From Octopus vulgaris (lineage: Eukaryota), in the NCBI GenBank assembly GCA_951406725.2, contig OX597830.1, positions 70,432,001 through 70,496,000 of the forward strand: 64,000 bases of DNA, read 5' to 3'. Position 1 is the first letter of the stretch; each line of letters begins with the position of its first letter. Made by a program: the position numbers and the translations under genes. Shown one piece after another: positions 55,422 through 64,000 of this stretch. The notes beneath the pieces are model-generated. The model saw only the letters and a program-made list of their open reading frames with translations. It was not told where the DNA came from and ran no database searches.

Positions 55422-56984
55422 CGTTCGTTTGTGCTTGTATTTGTTTCTCCACTACTACTTAACAACCGGAGTTGCTTTGCTTATGTCTCCGTAACCAAGC
55501 GGTTCGGTAAAAGAATCCGAAGGAGTAAAAACCAGGTTTAAAAAAAAAAACAAAAACAAAAACAGACAAGTACTGTTATTGATTTGTTCGATTGAACCCT
55601 TCGAGATGGTACCCCAGTTTGGCCGCTGTCCTATGACTAAGCATGTGAAAGATAAAAGGTAAAACATAATAGGTATATTCTAAATAGAATCAATCATATT
55701 TGAATGACGTGTTACAAAGAAAAAAAGCGTAAGTCGGCCTGCAAAGCAAAACTCTAGGAAGAATGTCAATAATATATGCATTTGTTTGTATAACCTTGCA
55801 TTTGTAATTACACTTCCTTACATACATACACACACACACACAGACCCGTCTATATGAACACATATATAATATATAGTACGTGTATACAAAACACACACGC
55901 ATACACACACACATGCATACAAAGATACATATATATGTTTGTAAACATGCGTATTTAAACACACACTAGGGATTCTCCAATTGAACTTCCTGTATGAATA
56001 TAAAAACACAATCACATTTGCACATGGAATTACACGCATGCGCACACATATGCACAACACACACACATATATGCATACTTGAGAAAGGTACTTTGCCACT
56101 TTCTTGATGAGCGGCTTGAATTTTGCCAAGGTAAAAATCTAAATACACCCGACTGAAAAACACGCATATATATATATGAACACACACACACACATAAATA
56201 TATGAACATATCAATTGATACACCTCTACATGTGCACACGCGCACATATAGATATATACAAGGCCATATGCATATCCACTAGCAACAATTCACAAATGTA
56301 TATGTGTGTATATGGGAGATGCATGCATCTCTGGCGCATATTTCCTTAGTGTTAACTTTCTCGGTCATACAGATAACATTGGAGTTATATTCTCGTATGC
56401 AAACTGACTCAGTTACTTGTCTCAGCACCGTATGAAAGGGATGCACGCAATGAGACTGTTGAGTGAACCATTATGCTATTACTCGTTATATATGAGCAAG
56501 GAAGCTACACATTGTAGATACATCTACACTGAGGCTGTTGAGTGAGCTATCTAACACTAGACATATATGATCGAGGAGACAAAAAATGTAGCCATGTTTC
56601 AGTATTGTGGGCTCTCGTTGACACTGCTACTGGAGCAACGCATAATCAGCTATCTGTCCGCACTTCTAAGGAGTTCGATTGGGGAAAAATGGGCAAGAAA
56701 ATGACCAACACATCAAATTTCATAGGGACAAATATTTTTGTTACACGGACGCATCTCCCTAAATGTTTATATATTCTTAAAATAACAAGGCAAGAAACAA
56801 TTCTCCTCCTCCTACTCCTCTCTGTTTGTCTCTGTCTCTGTTTCTGTCTGTTTGTCTCTCTCTTTCTCTCTCACATACACATGCACAAAAGCAACATAGC
56901 TAGGCACAAGGAACACTATAGGTATCAATTAAGAAAACGGTTCTTGCACCTGCATTTATATACATCTATGAATATACATACATA

Positions 56985-57053
<69 letters not shown>

Positions 57054-57071
57054 TTACATACATATATATAT

Positions 57072-57241
57072 ACGTGATTAAAGGTGTCACGGTACCTATA
57101 TTGCTAGAAATAAGAGCTAAAATGCTCAAACAGTGTTATACACTGCTTAGCATACATTCAAAATGTATGCTATGCGCTTTATAACCGCACTGAAACGCGT
57201 TAGCTCTTATTTCTAGTATGTCTTGGCACCCTTAGGCACGG
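57072..57241. repeat. Imperfect ~170-bp foldback element
   Basis: Nested inverted blocks: ctagaaataagagctaa / ttagctcttatttctag and tagcatacatt / aatgtatgcta. Confidence 0.7.
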
Positions 57242-57570
57242 TTAGGTGACGACTAACATTCTCCTTTACGGTTTAACAATGCAACTAGCTGTTTTTATTA
57301 CTGTGTGTGTGTATGTGTGTATGTGTGCGTGCGTGTGTGCGTGTGTATGTGCGCATGTGTATACTGTGTTTATATACACACACACACATATATATATACA
57401 CGGTACGTATTTATGTAGATGTATGTATATATGCGTGTGTGTAAGTTTATAATCATATATGCATGTTCGTATGCATGAACATATGAATTTACCTATGCAT
57501 TTCAGTAAAATATGTATATATATCTACCTCTTTATTTCTCTCCCTCTTACTCAGTGAATGTATATATACC

Positions 57571-57628
<58 letters not shown>

Positions 57629-57670
57629 CTACAACTTATATGTATATTTATATATACATATATATGTATG

Positions 57671-57725
<55 letters not shown>

Positions 57726-58038
57726 AGAGTGTGAGAGATAGATAGATCGATAGACAAATAGATAGATACATAGATAGATAGATAGTTCACATTCTGTCAA
57801 ATCATCATATTTAGCAATAGTCTCACGCTCAAAAGAAATGCTTGGCTTGGCATTGCATTTCATCGCATTTTATTCCTTCTGCTTAATGCCTTTATAAATA
57901 TATGACAATTGAAAATTTGTCGCCTTCTAAATAAAAGAGGTCATAAAAATGTGACATGTTAGCGAGGAAGAGAACAACAGTTGAAGTTATATGAAATGTC
58001 ATGTAGAGAAAAATTGGCTATAGAAAAATAGATTATAA

Positions 58039-58131
<93 letters not shown>

Positions 58132-58486
58132 TGTGCATATTCTGATGTTGAATAAATAAGCCACGTAAATGATATAAAGATTTTGTGTGGATAGTTCAGA
58201 AAAGGTATTGCTTTTGAATAGATTTACAAGGAGCTGAAAGATAAAATTCTGTAATGACAAGTGTACAATGAGATAAACTCACAGGGAGACTCTAATGAGG
58301 CGTGAAAACATGTTTGTACCACATACACAAAATTTGTTACCAAACAGAAACGTGCTTATGTTTATCTATTGAATGCCTTTGTCTTCATACACTACTTCTA
58401 TGTGTGTGTATGTATATATATATGTATATATATATATATGAATATTTCTGTGCATGTGAGTCTGTGTGTGTGTGTGTGTGTGTGTG

Positions 58487-58610
<124 letters not shown>

Positions 58611-58887
58611 CCGGTACCGCCATGGCCGATTGGTTACAGAGTTCCATACATAATCCCGAGGTTCAGAGATCAATCCCATAGCAATGTCTCTTGACAAATT
58701 GACATTTTTCTTTCTATATTTGGATGCAAGAGCAACTGTGTGGTTTAGAAGTTTGCTTCTCAACTGCAAAGTCCCGAATTCAGTTTCCCTACATGACTTT
58801 TCGGTTAAGTGTCATCTACTATAGATCCGAACCGACCAAAATCTCCTAAGCGGGAGTTGATAGACGGAGACTGAAAGAAGCCTGTTA

Positions 58888-58980
<93 letters not shown>

Positions 58981-58983
58981 CTA

Positions 58984-59062
<79 letters not shown>

Positions 59063-59277
59063 ACATTTATGTGAAGGTAACAGACTTGTCGCGAAAGCAA
59101 AGAGCTGTGAGTCCTACGCGTACAGAAAGCCCTATTTTTTTGCGCCGAGGACTTACATACTCTAATATTAGACTATCTTTGTTAGTCATTACATAGTGAT
59201 CGCTTATAAGCTTTTAGCTTTATAAAATATTATTAGTATTATTTACAGAATTTTAGAAATCGACATTGCTTTCCAAA

Positions 59278-59317
<40 letters not shown>

Positions 59318-59639
59318 GAGGGTACTATTATTCATAGGTACCGCACGCTAGGAGAGACTCTTGCAGTCAAACCTACTAAAATAAACAAATTGTACCGAAT
59401 GCAAAACTTCAAAGCAAGTCAATTAAAAACAGAATTTAGTTACGCTAACTACTGATAATTTCTTATAAAGATTTTATCCTTAATTTTAAATATATATATA
59501 TATATGTATATCACTATGAGGATATTTAAACCTCTTTTCGGGATAGTTTCATCCAAGATAACCTGGTTTAATATGTTATATTTTAAAGAGATATTTCTTC
59601 AATAAATATATTATAAAACATGAAATATTATTAATAAGC

Positions 59640-60083
59640 TTGAAAATGGAGAGATTGAATCGATATAAATCTATTAATTAATTAACATTGCCTACAGTTG
59701 TTTCACCTCACACCCAGTTTAAATTACAAAACATATATAATTATATAAGTTTGCATTTTGAATATATTGGATGGAAGATCATCTGGGCAAAATGGACATT
59801 ACAGAGTTTAAATTTTGATCAGTTGAAATACTCCAACAGACTGAGCGGAAGAAATAAAGACGTTTTCTTCTGCTTAATCTGTCGAATATTTCAACTGAGC
59901 TAAATTTAAACTCTGTAATGTCCATTTTGCCCTGAAGATCTTTTCACCCAGGATACTCAAAATGCCAACTTATATAATCATAAATGCTTTGTAGGTTAAA
60001 TTGGGTGTGAAGTGAAACAATTGTGAGCAATGTTAATAAATTTAATAAATTAAGTAATATACATTAAATCTCTCCATTTTCAA
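59640..60083. mobile_element. ~445-bp foldback (MITE-like) element with ~215-bp imperfect arms
   Basis: ttgaaaatggagagatt / aatctctccattttcaa; gggcaaaatggacattacagagtttaaattt / aaatttaaactctgtaatgtccattttgccc; centre near 59858. Confidence 0.85.
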
Positions 60084-60088
60084 ACTTT

Positions 60089-60155
<67 letters not shown>

Positions 60156-60162
60156 TATATAA

Positions 60163-60202
<40 letters not shown>

Positions 60203-60203
60203 G

Positions 60204-60250
<47 letters not shown>

Positions 60251-60344
60251 AAATAAAAATATATGCATACATACAAACATATATGTACGTACCTACATCT
60301 ACATGTATATATACATGCATATATAAATAATTATACGTGAGTAC

Positions 60345-60388
<44 letters not shown>

Positions 60389-60559
60389 GCGCAGGTGTGG
60401 CTGTATGGTAAGACGCTTGCTTCCCAACCACATGATCCCGGGTTCAGTCCCGCTGCGTGACACCTTGGGCAAGTGTCTTCTACTATAGCCTCGGGCCAAC
60501 CAAAGCATTTGTAGACGTGTGTGTGCGTGTGTCTGTGTGTATTTTTCTTTCTTTCTTTT

Positions 60560-60960
60560 TTCTTTTACTTGTTTCAGTCATTTGACTGCGGCCATGCTGG
60601 AGCACCGCCTTTAGTCGAGCAAATCGACCCCGGGACTTATTTTTTGTAAGCCCAGTGCTTATTCTATCGGTCTCTTTTGCCGAACTGCTAAGTGACGGGG
60701 ACGTAAACACACCAGCATCGGTTGTGAAGCAATGCTAGGGGGACAAACACAGACACACAAACATATATACACACATACATATATATATACATATATACGA
60801 CGGGCTTCTTTCAGTTTCCGTCTACCAAATCCACTCACAAGGCTTTGGTCGGCCCGGGGCTATAGCAGAAGACACTTGCCCAAGGTGCCACGCAGTGGGA
60901 CTGAACCCGGAACCATGTGGTTGATAAGCAAGCTACTTACCACACAGCCACTCCTGCGCC
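60560..60960 (-). mobile_element. SINE family B, well-preserved full-length copy nested in an oppositely oriented B copy (60387-61195)
   Basis: Plus-strand head at 60387-60510 and plus-strand tail at ~60990-61195 bracket the minus-strand copy. Confidence 0.8.
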
Positions 60961-61449
60961 TATGTATGTAATTATGTGTGTATCTTGTCATCTCACCATC
61001 GCATGACGACCCATGTTGTGTTTTCATCCATGTAACATATATACGATGCCTAGCTGTTCAGCAAAAGACACCGATAGAATAAGTGCTAGGCTTACACAGA
61101 ATAAGTTCTGGGGTCGATTTATTCGACTAAAAACCTTTCAAGGTGATGCTTCATCATGGTCGCAGTCAAATACCTGAAACATATAAAAGAATACTGCGAC
61201 GTGTTCTATATATTGTTCTAATTTCTTTGTATTTATAATAAAATAAATATATATAAATTATAAAAATAATAAGAGAAAATATACAGTACAGTAGCGTTTC
61301 TACTTCACGGATTTTCGCCTATTGCGAGGGATTCTGGAACGTCACACCCGCGATAGTCGAGGGATTACTGTATGCAGCAGAAAACTTTTTAGTAAAGAAA
61401 GTTTTGGATGTGAATAAGTGAATAAATCTCCATTCTCGTCTTGGTTTTC

Positions 61450-61500
<51 letters not shown>

Positions 61501-61604
61501 TATATATATATAAAAGGAAAGTTTACGAAAATAAACAAAAGACGAATGCAGGTGGTGTACAAACAAACAAATGTATTAGCATAGCGCTCAGGAATAGAAA
61601 AAGT

Positions 61605-61640
61605 CTTTTACGTTTCGAGCCTACGCTCTTCGACAGAAAA
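61605..61640 (-). ncRNA. Minimal hammerhead-like motif with core CUGUCGA
   Basis: Minus: UUUU-CUGUCGA-aGAGC(GUAG)GCUC-GAAACGUA-AAAG. Confidence 0.45.
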
Positions 61641-61797
61641 ATACACAGAAAAAAAACAAGGAGAGAAAAAAAATTTGTGTAGTAGCTAACGATCTATCAT
61701 GGCGTCTGACATCGGACAGAATGGTTAGCCGCGAGAGGGGCAGTAGGTGAGATAACAGGGTCAAGTGACTCACAATACGAAGGAGCCCCCAACACAA

Positions 61798-61854
<57 letters not shown>

Positions 61855-62849
61855 TGTAGGCACATGGCCTATTGGTTAGAGCAGTGGACTCGCGGTCGAA
61901 TCTCAGACCGGACGATGTATGTGTTTATGAGCGAAACATCTAAGCTCCACGCGGCTCCGGCAGAAGATAATGGCGAACTTCTGCTGACTCTTTCGCCACA
62001 ACTTTCTCTCACTCTTTCCACCTGCATCTAGCAGCTCACCTGTGACGGACCGGCGTCCCGTCCAGGTGGGGAACCTATACGCCAAGGAAACCATGAAACC
62101 GGTCCTTATAAGCCAGTCGTGGCTCGAGAAGGAACACACACACACACACAGACGCACGCGCGCACACACATATTTATATCCCAAACTTCGCCCACAAGGT
62201 ATTGGTCTGGGTGCAGCTATAGTAAAAGACCCCTAATGTGTTGGAAAACAAATTGTTGCAAGGCTAGCTACTTAATCACACAGACATGCTTTCGTCTACG
62301 ACAATATCTATAATCATAATAAAATAGTAATAAAAATTATTAAAACACGCGGTATTACCACGGACTAATTGAGGGCAGGTCTTTCCTTCCGAAGATCGTG
62401 AAGAAGAGCAACAAGCTCTTAAGTGCCTGTGTAAACCAATATTTCAACGGCAGACTCTGTACGTAGCTTTTTGTCAGCTGGGTTGTTTTAACGATGACAC
62501 TTTTCCTCTTTTGCTGTTTTCTCATCCATCACCCATCTTACGCTTGAGCATTCAAGAATACCGAAGACAGCATTTTGCAGAATGTTCAGAGAGAAAAGAA
62601 AACTCGTTGAAAGACCAAATGAAACACCGGCACACCCATGGCTAGGACGCACGGGGTGGAAGAGGTCGCAGCACAAAGAGAGGTGTAACGAGAATGCACT
62701 CACACGTCAGCAATTTGGAGAAAGTCAGTACGACTGCACTGGATGTGCACCGTCATGCACAGATAAACAGATATTTGTGTGTGTGTGTGTGTGTGCGGGT
62801 ATGTTTTTGTGTGCGTCTGTATACATTCTTTTTGGGCATTGCACGAAGC

Positions 62850-63110
62850 TTAACGAATGTGATTTTTTGCCCAGCTAAAGATCTACAATGTCTTGTACAA
62901 AATTGGCAACTAAAACCTTTACTGGTAATAGCCGGCTGTAGTTGTAACTGGGCTTCATGTACCTTTGCATGTCGTTTAAGTCCTCCTGCCGAATTACACT
63001 CTCTTCCACATGCCCGACAGATATGATTAGTATGGTGTGTTACACCACCACCAGTGGCCAGGTTGTCACTCATCTGTCTCGTTTTATGACTACGAAGATG
63101 ACTCATGAGT
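62850..63110 (-). pseudogene. Degenerate C2H2 zinc-finger fragment, probably the C-terminus of an RTE-type LINE ORF
   Basis: MSHLRSH...CRACGRECNSAGGLKRHAKVH...CQFCTRHCRSLAG, then an apparent frameshift. The CGRxCxSxxGLxxH pattern without TGEKP linkers is typical of RTE tails. Confidence 0.55.
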
Positions 63111-63430
63111 CCAGCTTTACTGAGGCAGGGTCATATACACACACACACACACACACATATACGACTGGCTACTTTCAGTTTTCGTCTACCAAATAAACTC
63201 ACAAGGCTTTGGTCGGCCCGAGGCTATAGTAGAAGACACTTGCCCAAGGTGCCATGCAGTGGGACTGAACTCGGAGCCATGTGGTATATGTATATGCGCC
63301 TGTGTATATGTATATATATATAGTTAGATATACAGCAAGAAATATATATATAAAGAGAGAATGGATAGATTCATAGATAAATATAGTTTTAGGTGTAGGT
63401 GCATCTATTTACATACATGCATACTTACGT

Positions 63431-63495
<65 letters not shown>

Positions 63496-63841
63496 CATAT
63501 ACATGTATATATACACCTACTTATCAATCTGTCTTACTCTCTCCCTCTCTCTTTTCTCTTTCTACAAACACACACTCGCACACTCACACACATATTTATA
63601 CATATTTATACCCACGTTCATTCAGGAATACTTACATACATACGTACATACATAGGCAAAGTCCCTAAATAATTCAATGCAAGCCATTAACTAGTTTTCT
63701 TCCAGTTATAGTATCTTAGTTCTACATCCAGAAAGGTAGTGCCGTGCTTCCCAAGGTTCGTGTGAAGTAAGTCATATCGTGAACACGTCTTACCTATTTA
63801 AAGTATTTACTTACTAACCATTACAACATTAGTTCTTTCTT

Positions 63842-63908
<67 letters not shown>

Positions 63909-64000
63909 GAAAGTAAAGTAGAATGAGTCAACATACACCGATTTTAATATATCCTATTGTTGTTTGGGAAGAGCATTATTATTATTATTATTATTATTGT

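Noticed and set aside
58287-58320. CTAATGA...GAAAACATGTTT hammerhead-like string
   Set aside because: G5 is missing and stem I cannot pair; too degenerate to call.
62850-63110. Member of a host C2H2 zinc-finger gene cluster
   Set aside because: No TGEKP linkers, irregular spacing and a frameshift; better explained as a LINE tail.

Overview
Eukaryotic, AT-rich DNA saturated with microsatellites. The repeat content looks like a coleoid cephalopod (Octopus-type) genome; this is an inference from the repeat landscape. Only one convincing host coding exon is visible: a minus-strand first coding exon at 572-1106, ending in a GTAAGT donor. The remaining ~62 kb is upstream, gene-desert-like sequence. 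It is made of microsatellites, three abundant tRNA-headed SINE families (called A, B and C here), a 5'-truncated R4/Dong-type LINE in (TAA)n, RTE-type LINE tails, Tc1/pogo/hAT/Helitron remnants and foldback elements. Almost all ORFs in the supplied track are microsatellite or SINE artefacts. Most notable: (1) a dispersed set of minimal type-I hammerhead-ribozyme motifs in short microsatellite-bounded elements, including one fully canonical copy, inverted pairs, core variants and a tRNA-headed SINE carrying one; (2) a full-length U6 snRNA copy fused to the family-B SINE tail; (3) a decayed 18S rRNA fragment split by two SINE insertions with TSDs; (4) SINE-A units apparently nesting into their own GGTATTTCG site; (5) one SINE-C head joined to four different tails. 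All alignments were done by eye, and most repeat boundaries are approximate.
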